A stretch of 56,835 bases of DNA, counting the filler, from Bipalium vagum (Eukaryota): the NCBI GenBank assembly GCA_037834085.1. It is 3 parts of 3 records of this genome, joined end to end, with 100 filler letters (N's around TTAATTAATTAA, not from the genome) between each part and the next. Parts side by side here need not be neighbours in the genome. Positions count along the whole stretch, not along the records: positions 20,625 to 36,980 come from JBBMKC010115056.1; positions 37,081 to 56,835 come from JBBMKC010268526.1; 1 more part is not named here. One strand, given 5' to 3'. The position numbers and the translations under genes are program-made. The number at the start of each line of letters is the position of its first letter. Positions within the stretch are counted from its first letter, which is position 1. Of the stretch, positions 26,010-37,941 are shown one piece after another. The notes below the pieces were generated by a model. It had not been told where the DNA came from. It saw only the letters and a list, made by a program, of their open reading frames with translations, and ran no database searches.

Positions 26010-26806
26010 CGAACTAATTAATTAATTTGTTTGAATAATTTTTTTTTAAAATAAATAATTTGAAAATTAATCTTGATAACTTGTCAACCGATATTAATGT
26101 AACTAACATGGGGCACCAACACCATCTGTACATTATCGCAGCCCGACTGATGTCAGAAATGTTTAGAAAGGGTGATGACCTAGATAATTTTATTAAAGAA
26201 TGCGAAATGTATTTCGCGTTGTTGAAGATCTCGAATTCCTCTAAGGCAACATTAGTGGCGGGGTTTTTGGATCAAGAATTGATCCCCGTTTACGAAGCCG
26301 TAATCGCAGATTTGAAGAACTTTGATGAAAAGCTTCCTAAAGCTTTTCAAAAGAAAAGCTCAATGTTAGAAAATCTGCGATCAGCTCTGAATCACAAAAG
26401 GACAAATGAAGCAGCTGGAAAATATTTTGAAAAGTGGAAAAACTGGTCGATAAATTACTTTCACATACGTGGGATAAAAAGTCGTTAGTAGAACTTTAGT
26501 TGGTACATTGTAAAAATGACCTTGAAGTTAAGATGGAGTTGTGCATGCGGGAAGTGAAAGGAGAAGAAGAAGTGAAGAAGATAATAAAGAAGATGGACGA
26601 GTGTAGAGCTGAGATTGAGAAGATAAATGCAGTTAACTTGATAATGCAGATAACTTGACAATATCAGAGCTACAAGTCAGCATTAACTTGTGGTACACGG
26701 CCAAGAGAGGAAACATGTATGGGAAAGCCACAAGTACAAAAAATGATCAACAGAAATGATTTTGTAAAAAAAATGCAATGCTTGACATGTCACAAGATCG
26801 GACAAA
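26010..26806 (+). mobile_element. Ty3/Gypsy 5' LTR, PBS and gag remnant
   Basis: The LTR end 26071-26108 matches the reverse complement of the LTR end at 25078 at 35/38 positions. A PBS-like TGGGGCACC follows immediately. The Gag-like ORF ends in a CLTCHKIG zinc knuckle cut by a pogo element. The LTR start is approximate. Confidence 0.75.
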
Positions 26807-26808
26807 TA

Positions 26809-28100
26809 CCGTAGATACTCGAATATGTCGAGGTTTTTTTCTATAAAATTTGATGAAAAAAATGGGGTCGACTTATATAAGAGTCATAGCAGTTTTAACC
26901 AATGCAATGGCTGTATTTATGCTGTATTTATGAACGTTGTGTTCATAATTGAATACTGGTTATCATTTATGTTTCGTTTTTTTCCAGTTTTTCTCAGCAT
27001 CACAGTGCTACGCATGATAAATTTATTTCATGTCACCTATAACAATTATGAAATTCAGTCATTCTACACCCACAAAATGCCAGAACAGAAACGAAAACGA
27101 TGTGCGTATGATGCTTCCTTTAAACTTAAAGTGATCATATATGCGGAAAATGAGAACAACAACAGCAAAGAAGCAAGAGAATTTGACATCTCTGAAAAAT
27201 TAGTCAGAGATTGACGATAATCAGCAGTTACAATTGCCGAGATGCCAAAAACAAAAAAAGCCTTTAGAGGTCACGTAACTTCACATGCAGCAGATGAAGC
27301 CGTTTTGTTGGAATGGATCCTGACGCACAAACAAAACGGATACATAGTGACCCGATCGACCATACGTGTACAAGCACAATCAACCTTTGTTGACCCCAAC
27401 TTTAAAGCGTCAGCAGGTTGGTGTACACGCTTCATGAATCGACACAACCTCACCCTTCGCACCAGAACGAAGATCAGCCAGAAGTTACCAGCTCAACTTG
27501 AAGACAAAGTTACATCATTCCACAGTCATGTCATCGACCTGAGAAAAACACACACAAGTATGATACTGGATGATACCCCAGTGTTCTTTGATCTCCCATG
27601 AAACAAAACAGTCCATCCCAGCGGAGACAAAACAGTTCTTGTCAGAACTACGGGAAATGATAAAACTCATTTTACTGCTGTGTTATGTTGTACAGCTGAT
27701 GGCCAAAAATAAACAATCAATGTTAATATTCAAGAGAAAAACGGTACCCAAAATAAGGTTTCCTTCTGATGTTGTTGAGCACGTCAGTGAAAAAGGCTGG
27801 ATGAACACAGAAGCAATGTTGATCTGGCTCCAGAATGTCTGAGCTAACCGCCTCTCCAACCAAAACAGAAGACACCTAGTAGACCACGTCAAGCAACGAA
27901 CACAAAACCAATACAAAACAGATGTTGCAGTCATTCCAGGTGGACTCACTTCTATACTCCGACCACTTGATGTCAGCATCAACCGACCATTCAAGTGTCA
28001 TGTACGAGACCAATAGACATCGTGGATGTCCAGTGGACAAGCGCAGACCACCAAAGCTGGAAATCTGAAACGACCAGACCTCTTGACAGTCACTGGGTGA
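26809..28100 (+). mobile_element. pogo-family transposon (Passer/POGK-like: Brinker DBD, CENP-B HTH, DDE_1), pseudogenised and 3'-truncated
   Basis: TA|CCGTA terminus. Peptides: AYDASFKLKVI..AREFDISEKLVRD (Brinker-like); FKASAGWCTRFMNRHNLTLR (CENP-B HTH); DDTPVFFD, KGWMN and VIPGGLTSILRPLDVSINRPFK (DDE_1). In-frame stops and deletions are present. Confidence 0.9.
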
Positions 28101-29339
28101 ATAATTATTATTTATTGTTATTTATTATTTATTATTTATTTATTATTGAGTATATAATAATGATGGTATAATAAAGAGTAATGATATATAATGATATTTA
28201 ATAATAAAACATAAAATAAAAAAAAAATAAAATTTAATAAAATAAAATAATAAGAATAATAAAAATGATAATAACATATAGATAGGAAATGATGTCAGTG
28301 ATGATTTGGGGGGGGGAGGTTACAGCAGCATGAGTGATGACGTCAAATGAGAATAAAAGGGAAAAATGAAGTCATTTGAAAATAAGCCAATGATAATTGT
28401 AGGAATGCTGGTACACATAATAAAAAATAGTATAAATACCCAAAGGAAAATCATAAAAATTCGCCTTCAAAAATTCTAAGATGGTTTATTATAACTAGAA
28501 AAGAAAATTTGAAAATTAGAGTTTATTATAACTCATTTTACAAAACAAAAAGTTATTAATTTAAGTGTAAGTGAATTATTATATTCACTATAATTAAATA
28601 ATTACACAAAACGTGAATATTATTTCCCGTTTCTGTTTTTATTAAATTACTTCTTATTTCTTCTTTTTGTGTTTTATTCTAGCAATTACAATCTGGTAAA
28701 CTAGTTATCAGATTGGCTATTTACTTCAGGGCATCTACACATTTCCTGGTTAGATTGAATATCTGCTTTAATTTAATATTGTCATTTTGATTTCAGAAAA
28801 AGTAAAACCTTTGTAAAAATTGTAATTGAAATAAAGGTTTTAAAAATCTTTTTGTTAGCCTTATTTGTGATCGGTACACTACCTTAAGGAGTCAGATTAA
28901 GATAAGTTGTACACATCCTCACTCTCACAAAACTTAAAACTAATATTGGATGTTTATCATATCCTTTTGCATAATGTGCTATAAAAATATATAGTTTGAA
29001 ATCTTTACAAATGAATGACTTTCGTGTCTTCTAAAATTTTAATAATCTAATTAATGATTTAAAATTATAATTATTTTCTTACCAACCTGAAAAGCGAAAA
29101 AATATTTTCAGATTTAATTTCACACATCGATTTTCAGTGGTATTTTAAAATAGACGCTTGACAAGTCAAATAATTCTGTAAATTTAAATTTATTATTAGG
29201 TTTTAAGAAAAGTTTTTGTATTTTTATTATTTCATGATTTTGTTTTACTGTATGATATTATTTAATGCAAAATACATTTATGAAAGATTTTTTTTCTTCT
29301 CTACAAATTACAATAACATTCTATGTCATTTAATTTTAT

Positions 29340-29620
29340 TTAAATTTGACAGCTTTGAAATGCAGTGTCAAGTTGATTATAAACACTATTTTCACCACCT
29401 TTTAATATTTTACTTTAATCGAGTTGATAATTTTGTAGAAGCGGTCCAGGAAAATTTTAATTTGTACAGAAAACATTTTAACTTGGACAAAATATTGGTT
29501 CAAGAAATTATAAAGTGGCATAATCAACGTTAAAGACAGTCCACATACCGGTCGGCCATCAAATTTTGATAACCAATTGATTGCACTCCTTAAAAATGAC
29601 AGACATCAAGCATTAGATAG
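29340..29620 (+). mobile_element. Mariner N-terminal fragment
   Basis: Peptide WFKKL..VKDSPHTGRPSNFD. It shares TTTGACAGCTTTGAAAT with the 5' region of the mariner ending near 10.5 kb. Confidence 0.6.
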
Positions 29621-29999
29621 GAAAACCGATAAACTTCTATTATCATTGTAAAATTCAAGCTTGAATATATTTTTTTAAATAAATGAAATAATTGTTCGAA
29701 ATTACACTATATTCTGCAAATCCATAATCACGATACATTAAACTTAATATGTACTTCTTTCTAAAACAATAAGAATAAAAAAAAATAATACAAATACAAA
29801 TCAAAAAAATTAAGTTTAAAAATTCTTATTGCTTGTCTCAAAGATTTAGATCTTCACTAGTCAGATCTACTGATCCATATATACAAAATTTTATTTCAAA
29901 AACAAATTTACATGCTCCAATTAAGATCTTTTTACAAGATAATAACACCAAATATGGTTAAGTATCACAGATAGGTATTGCTAAAATCAATATTTCATA

Positions 30000-30440
30000 A
30001 TAGATCTTCATCACAATTGTCTAATGGGGAGCTGTCTTCATTGTCGCCGGCGTTGTTGTGTTCGATCATCATGTTATCAGCTATTTATCGGCATCCGAAG
30101 CAACCAGATTTGACTTTGACGTATTCTGATGAAAGGCCCATTGTGCGGTACTCCATTTAATATTTGAAGAGACACAGAATGAGGCAATTGTATTGGTGAT
30201 TTTCTTCTTCAGCCCAAGTTTTGATAGTATTGTGTTATTCCTCTTTGGCCATGACTCTAAACAACCTACGATAAATGTGTCTAGTTCAACGATCCATCCT
30301 GGAAGTGCTTTTTGAGTTTTTGTCGTTAGATCGTCGTAGTGTGTCAGGTTCTGATAATGTTTCCAATACATGTATCAAATGGGCAATTGAATCTTGTCTT
30401 AGGTTTATTATTACATACAATGCTTTCAAGATTGGTTTTA
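30000..30440 (-). mobile_element. 3' fragment of a non-LTR retrotransposon with restriction-like endonuclease (NeSL/Utopia/R2-like)
   Basis: A frameshifted FNCPFD is followed by THYDDL..GWIVELDTFIVGCLESWPKRNNTILSKLG, which resembles the RLE C-terminal DVxCPF..KY..L..V...(I/V)VGxLGxW pattern. Confidence 0.55.
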
Positions 30441-30773
30441 CTTATTAATATTGATTTTTTGATTAACCCCGTAAAATTTGAATTTTCAGATAATTTTTAT
30501 AATTTCTACTAGTTTAAAAATGTTTTTTTTTAATTATTTAATTAATTTTTTTAATTTTTAAAAAATAATTTTATCTGAATGCTATTTTATTTATTTAAAT
30601 TTTAATAATTTTTAAAATAATTTAGGTTGCATTTTCTACACAGATATTGACTACTTCTTTTTTCTCATCATATTTACTAAGTCATAAAATATATAATATT
30701 TTAAAATGTATTTTATTAAAGATTTAATCTTCGTAAATAAATTTATTTTTGTTTTACTACTTTATTTATATAT

Positions 30774-30786
30774 GTTGCTTAGTAAC
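30774..30786 (+). promoter_or_regulatory. RFX X-box in the promoter of the ciliary gene
   Basis: GTTGCTTAGTAAC fits the X-box consensus GTNRCY-N(0-3)-RGYAAC and lies 47 nt upstream of the ODAD1-like ATG. Confidence 0.7.
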
Positions 30787-30833
30787 GTAAAGTCAAATTA
30801 ATTAATTTTCCAATAAATAAAACTTTAAAAGAT

Positions 30834-33800
30834 ATGAGGAGAGCCCAATCTGCTTCATCCGAACCTGAAGAAGGTAATGATGCCATATTGCAAGAAGAAT
30901 TAGAAAAACTTCAAAATGATTTACGTATTCACCTAAATGATAAGAGCAAATATGAGGAAGAGGTTAAAGTAAAAATGAAAAAATTAAAGTATCTATTACA
31001 AATGTTTTTAAAATCCGATCATCTTTGTAAATTATAGCGAAGAACGAGATCATTTGGAAGCCGAAAATAAAGATTTGAAAATCTATCTGAACCAAGCAGA
31101 AAGTGATCAAAATAAAAAAGTGGATGATAAAAATTTGAGAAAATTGAAGGATCTGATCAACGAATATGACAAAAATTGTAAATTGATTGAAGATGAGAAA
31201 CAAAAAATTAATTCGTTGGATATTGAGGTAGAAATTTTGATCAGTGGATAAAATCCCAATAATTATATAATTAATGTAGGTAAAGAAATATGAAAAATTA
31301 ACCAAAAATAATTTAAAACGGAAAGAAAATTCGTCTGCATCAACCAAGGATGGGGAGGTGACTGAAGTTCAAAGAATGGTTGATCGAAAAATTTTGGGAT
31401 TGGAAAATAGAATGGATAAGGTAGTTTATTTCCAATGTATTGATGTTGACTTATAAATAACATTTTAAAAAATATTGATTATAATTATGATTATTGATTA
31501 TTATTAATGATTAATAATTATTAATAATCTTTAATTTCGATAATTTTTTGCATTGAATTTCATAATTAATTGTACTTTATTGTACTAAATTTTCGATATA
31601 AGCGACTTCAGCTGCATCAATTTTTCTGAAAAAAGAGCTTATAAAAAATCGTTTGTTTAAAGTGAAAAGAGGACACAAAATTATATTTTTTAAAAATTCT
31701 ATTTTGAAGTCATTACATACCAAATATCCTTTTACATATTAGAATTTTTTAAGATGCTTATTTTGGAAGTCGCCTATAGATAAAAATTTTTGTATAATAA
31801 TGTACAATAAAAATCCAAAAAATGTAATGTGCATTTTAATATCAAAATATTAATTAGTAAATTTTTTTAATATTTGAATTTTCAAGAAAATATGTATAAT
31901 TTAAAACAGGTTGAGTGAATAATTATTAATTCTTGGAAATAATGATAAGTAATAACAATTAATTATTGAAAAAAATCTACATTCCTGAGTGCTGAATAAA
32001 AAAGTCTTTGTACTATATTAGGTTGTGTGGAAACTCAACATTAATTTAACAAAGAATTTTACAAAATACGTTATCATTTTCTATGACGACCATCCATCTT
32101 TCTGTAAGCAATTCAATTTCTCGTCGATACGATTCCTTCAGTTTAGAGGTAAAGAGCTCCGTTAAATTTATTGAACTGCTCAAACACACATTACCTTGTG
32201 TTTGAAACCATCCTGTTGTACCTCTGATAAATACTGTGTCCCTTGTGAAACCCATTGTCGTCGGTAATAAGGATTACAGAAATATCAATTTTTCATCGCA
32301 AGCCACAATTCTTTTCCTAAATCTATTGCCAAACGGTTTTTGAAGGATCTGATTGCAAATTTCTTCTAGCGACTATCAATTGATGTGGATTTTGTCTTGG
32401 TCTTTTATTTTTATAATTCAGGTGAATTAAATGTTCATAGACGGTTGACTTAGGAATGGCAAGTATTGTCGACAATTCTCTGCAAATTAAATGTGGTTTT
32501 TTTCTCTAAGGTGATGCATAATGCCCCTTTATCGACGTCTGATGGATGACCTGGTCGCGGTTTTGTCAACTCAGATGGTGTCGCTTTCTTTGAAGCGCGT
32601 TAACCAGATTGTTTGAGTATTTCGATGGACTATTCCTAAAACTACAACTTCATAAATTTATTCGGCTGCAGCTTTTGCACTTGCCTTTTTACCAATAATG
32701 GCACAATAGTCTTTTTTATTTTCATTCATTTCAGTTAGATAAATCTTTTAAAAAAACACCTAAATCTCTTACTTTTATCAAAAAATTCATAATTTTAATT
32801 AACATTTTAAAGGTTCCGAATATATTTTAGATATATTTTATTAATCATTAATAAATTATAATAATAATTATTGATATATATTTCTTATTCCACTAGCAAA
32901 TTAAAAAGTACAATACGACACTAACCGAAAATGGTGTCTTACGAGACTTAATTGAAAAGTTGCGTAACGAAAGAGTTATTTACAACGATGTATACAAAAG
33001 ATTAGCCCAAGAATTACAAAATTTGAGATTGGAAAAGGAAGATTTAACAGAAAGAGCAACACTGGCATACGATCAAAGAGATGAAGCAAATAACAAATGT
33101 ATTGCTTTGAAAGATAAGAATGATAAAGACAGAGCTCAACATGATACAGAAATGAGAGATTTGCAAAGAATAGTTGACCATGATCATGTATTGAGAGAAT
33201 TTATGACCACTAAATCCGATGATCGACGTGAATGGAAAAAAATTGGTGAAGAAAGAAGACGAAAACATGGTATATTATATTATATTAATATTAAATAAAT
33301 AAAATATGATGTTTCTTTTTTAAAAACTTTATCTTTTCTATTCTTAAAACCTTAATTTGAAAGTGAAATTTATAAGACATTTTAAAACTAAAAATTTATT
33401 TGGTTTATTTATACATTTTTTATAATTAAACCCATTTTTATTATTAATAATTTAAGAATATCATTTGGAATATTTAACTCAAAATTAAATAAAATTTACG
33501 AACAAATGATATTTATTAGTTTTAAAAATATTTTTAATATTTTGCTCAAAACCATTTTACTATTACCGTTATTTTATTTAAATAAAATTAAATTTATATC
33601 TGAAAAAGTGCTTTTGTTTTTGATAAGATAATATTTTTTTAAAATATAATCATAAAATCGTATTTCTTAAGCTTGTTATCATTATTAGTTTAATTTAACT
33701 GATAATCAATTAATAATAATTGATTAATATTATTGAATTAATTTTATTAATTAATGATTTAATATATAGAAATCTGATATTAATTATTTGTAAGTACCAG

Positions 33801-36701
33801 TATGAAAAGGTTTAAACGTATTAATTTTTTTTTATTTATTTAAAAAATATTTTTAAAAATGAATTTTCCGTTATTATTTCATCTATAATTCTTAATCGTA
33901 TGGGCGCTTTATTACAGGCTCATCGGGTGAGATTGCTCAGAAACAGCAACGTAAACAAATACATACCTACGAACAGGCCTTCAAACGTATTAAGGAAATC
34001 ACTTCAAAGGAGGATATCAACATTTTAGTGGAAGATTTCATACGCAATGAAGATGATAATTTTGCCATGTTTCAATACGTCAGTGAACTGAACAATCAAG
34101 TTTTACTCTTTTGATAAAATTCAATTTAGTGACTTCTGATATTAGATTGAAAGTCTGAATGAGGATATGTATAATATCCAGAATGACATTGACAAGTTTC
34201 AGAGGGAAGAAGAACATTTAGAAGTTGAAAGACACCGGATACTGAAAGAGCTAGAAGTATTTCTAATTTCCAATATTTATTTGAAAATAATATAGAATAT
34301 TATTATTCTTTCTTGTGATGATACTTTTATTTTAAATGACCAACACCTAATTCAGTTATAATCAATAATAATTTTATTTATTGATAATAATATATATTTG
34401 TATATTAATTTTAACTTTGGAACATCATTGGAGTGAACATGGTGCTCTTTGAAGATTAATAATTTTTATTACAAATTATTATGAGACACTTTATTAAATA
34501 TTTATAATTTAGGATTTTAATTTTATAATTTTTATTTGAAAAAAACTTTAATTTATTAATGTGAAAAATAATAAAACAAATGTTTCGTTTAAAATATGTA
34601 GTTTATTGACAATCATGAAATCGATAAGTTCTATTTGCATCTTTACTTTTCTGAATCAACACAATCTTCATCTGCTAAGCAAATATTTATAAAGGTAGAG
34701 TTTTCGAGATCACTTGAAGAAATGTAACCCTTTTCATCATTGATACTTATTTTTATTAATCTTCTTTTATATACGTATTGTAATGCTATGATACTCTTCA
34801 TTTCTTCACTCTTTAAGTAACTTTTGTACCCATCAACCAATCATTCCCAATCAACAATTTCCTTAAATAACATTTAAAAGTATTATTGACTGAGTTTCCC
34901 ATTGTTGAGCTAACTAATTTCTGCAAAATATAAATTAAAACCACTTATTATATTACTAAAAATAATATAAAAATGGTAATGTAATGTTTGAAATACTTTT
35001 AAATAAATAAACTAGTTTAGGAAGTATTGAAATATATAAACAAATAAATGCGGCTCAATTAAAAAAGGAGTTAATAAATATTTTACTTTTTAAAAGATTT
35101 TGTTATTTTTGTTAAAGTAAATATTGAATAAAATTCTTATTAAGTTGCAATATACCAGTAAAAAAGAAGAAGCTGACAGAGCTCAAATTCGTTTGGTTGA
35201 AATCAACAAAATTCTGGAACAATTACGGGAAGGTGTTAAGTCTGTTTTTACCAAAATCAATTGTGACGATTCTGTCATTTTGGATATTCTTGGAGGCGAT
35301 TCGGATGTCACAGATCGAAATCTAATGTTATATTTGGGTTCGATTGAACAGCGAACCAATGCAATGTTAGGTGTAGCATATTATGTTCAAACGAAAGTAA
35401 ATCTTTTATTTACTGTATTAATATAAAACTTCTCTTTTGAAAGCAATACTATGACAATGTCAGAGAAGAACAACCAGAACACGGAATGACACTAGGTTTA
35501 ACTGGTTTCTTGAAACCTTCAAAAGATTCATTGGTTAATGCTCCAGGAATCAGGTAAATGTTATGTATTCTAAATAAATGGTTTTTGATAAGTTATAACA
35601 AAATGTACCAAAATATTTCGAAAGATCAGAAAAAATGCGGAAAGCAAATTTGTCAAGTTTTCAAAAAGCGTTTATCTGAAAAGACAATATTATATATATT
35701 GTAATTATAATATTATTATATATTTTATATTTTATAATATTATATAATATTATATATATTATATAATTATATATTTCGATAGCTAATCAATTATGAGGTC
35801 TTTATTAATTCCTAAAAGCGAACGATACTTTTATTTACTTTAATCGAATTATATATTTTTAATTTAGGTCATTTGTGTTATACAATTCCTAAGATTTTTT
35901 ATTAATTAAAATATTAAAAAAAACATTTTAGAGGACCTCAATAGTTTAAAAAGATTCATTAAAGTATAAAAGGTATTATTAAAAATTAACCTAAATAAAT
36001 TCAAAAAGATAATTTTTTCTTAAAGAAAAATAGTTGAAAATTTCCAATTAAGGTGATTGTTAGATGTAATAGCATTATTAAACATTGTTCTTTTAATGTA
36101 ATTATTTATTCTTTTTTCAAAAATATTAAAATGAGCTTTTGTTTTATTTTATTTCATGAATTTCATTCGATATAGATGCAGCATCTTGTTTTTGATTTAA
36201 ATGATTAATTTAATGTCAATGTAATATTAATTTTTAGCTTCACATTTGTAACTATATTGGAATAATTATATATTATTATATTATATATAATATAATACTA
36301 TATTATAATAATAGTATATTATTTAAATTTAACGAAAGTGGTCGGTAACTAAAAAATCACTCTGTAAGTCTAGATTTTAAAAAAAATGTTTAACATAAGA
36401 AATATTAACTTCATTTAATTAATCTTGAAAAAAGATGTGCAGTGATATTGAAGTTCAACATATTTCATTATTAAACTTTATTATATTATTCTTTGTATAA
36501 ATTTTATGATTTTATTTCAATAATATCTCATTATTTAGTGACGATTTCAATCTTGATTCTGATGATTCTCAAGACGATGTCCGACCTTTATCCCAACACG
36601 AATTATATATTAAAGCAATGAAAGACATGAAGAAACGTGATCATCAATCTTACAGTAAAGCGTCACGAAGTATAGTTGAAATGAAAAAAAGAAAGAATTA
36701 G
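30834..36701 (+). CDS. ODAD1: Outer dynein arm docking complex subunit (ODAD1/CCDC114/CCDC63, DC2 family), 9 exons, about 558 aa
   Basis: Exons 30834-30988, 31038-31227, 31280-31420, 32897-33269, 33918-34099, 34146-34256, 35145-35396, 35444-35553 and 36539-36701 sum to 1677 nt in frame. Family motifs: LENRMDK..N..LR..I..LR.ER, AYDQRDEA, YEQAF..I..EDDNFAMFQYVSELN, LMLYLGSIEQRTN and RPLSQHEL. Confidence 0.9.
31575..31810. mobile_element. Degenerate MITE-like inverted repeat in ODAD1-like intron 3
   Basis: The inverted pair TATAAGCGACTTC / GAAGTCGCCTATA is flanked by TTTATTGTAC / GTACAATAAA. Confidence 0.4.
32018..32770 (-). mobile_element. Mariner deletion derivative in ODAD1-like intron 3
   Basis: TA|TTAGGTTG terminus. 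Peptides include WLTRFKE, PRPGHP, IVACDEK and LTERW. Confidence 0.75.
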
Positions 36702-36879
36702 ACAGCAAATTGATTTATTTGATAACATAATTTTAGAATGTTTGGTAAAAATAAAATTTGTATTCTTTTCTTTTCAAGAATTTATATTTATTCAAACTTT
36801 ATATTTAAATTAAATTTAGACGTCTCCGTCAGTGATAAATAAATGCTTAAAGTATTTTAGATGTGCATTAGATTGTCCA

Positions 36880-36980
36880 GTATGAAATTTCTTATTTTAG
36901 TAGTGTTAGGTTCAAATAAATTGGAGACACCGGGATTCGAACCCGGGACCTTTCACATGCGCATGGACTGCTCTACCGCT
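36880..36980 (-). mobile_element. tRNA-Ala-derived SINE (or tRNA pseudogene), 5' end lost in gap
   Basis: The reverse complement AGCGGTAGAGCAGTCCATGCGCATGTGAAAGGTCCCGGGTTCGAATCCCGGTGTCTCCA has a perfect B-box and an Ala-type 3' end but an irregular anticodon arm. Its AT-rich tail (..TAAGAAATTT) is shared with the copy at 41544. Confidence 0.7.
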
Positions 36981-37080
36981 NNNNNNNNNNNNNNNNNNNN
37001 NNNNNNNNNNNNNNNNNNNNNNNNTTAATTAATTAANNNNNNNNNNNNNNNNNNNNNNNNNNNNNNNNNNNNNNNNNNNN
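36981..37080. other. Assembly gap with TTAATTAATTAA linker
   Basis: N run, linker, N run. Confidence 0.95.

Positions 37081-37149
<69 letters not shown>
37081..37149. repeat. (ATT)n microsatellite
   Basis: About 23 perfect ATT units abut the gap. Confidence 0.95.
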
Positions 37150-37912
37150 TGTGATAAGTGCTCCGTAAATATAAATATTTTCCAAACCGAAGAGGTTTCA
37201 TAAAAGGATTATTTATTTTCTTTACCATGTAGTTTCCGCAGACGATTTTTTATTGGAATCCAATTAGCTCTGATTGACTGACAAATTTATTTCCTGTAAT
37301 AATTTTGGCTCATTTTCTATACTTTGCAGTATGCAATTATTATCTTATTATTTTCTTGAGAGTGGCGGCATTTTTCATTTTGTTAATTGAAACATTTAAT
37401 TCTGAAAATTTTTTCTTTTTAACTTGGATTTCAATTTTTGATTTACTCTTTTAGCTGGTATTTGTTGTGGGTCTTAATTAAAGAAATTGTATTCCTTCAT
37501 GTAAACCAATTATTAGGAGATCTGAATTGTCTTGTTGGAACACAATGGCTTTTCATTTATCATTTTTTTCTGATTTTTGTCGATCACTTGACCTAATCTT
37601 CTTATTTGATTATACTAGAGATCAGAAAAAATCGTTTTATTGTACGGCAGAAGTTCATAATAAATGACTTTTATCCCACCTAACATAAAATTTACTTTAT
37701 ATCAATCATGTTTACCTACCTTTGAGAAGCTTGGGTTGCAATGGACAATGATCTAGTTCGATCATTACTGAGATAGATAATCAAGTTATCTTTGCTCGTG
37801 ACAAATTGTTTCAGAAATGGTTTGCATTGAATTTTCTAAGGAGTGACTCATAGTGAGGTTGCACTACAACCTTTTAAATAATTATACATGTCAGATAAAT
37901 TGAAAGTTAGTC

Positions 37913-37941
37913 GGGGGATGTAGCTCAGCGGTCAGAGCAGT
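37913..37941 (+). mobile_element. tRNA-Ala-like SINE head, truncated after the A-box
   Basis: GGGGGATGTAGCTCAGCGGTCAGAGCAGT matches the heads of the other two copies. Confidence 0.6.

Noticed and set aside
36922-36980. Functional tRNA-Ala gene
   Set aside because: The anticodon arm is irregular, the tail is shared with a degenerate copy, and the 5' end is in a gap. A SINE is more likely, though a tRNA is not excluded.
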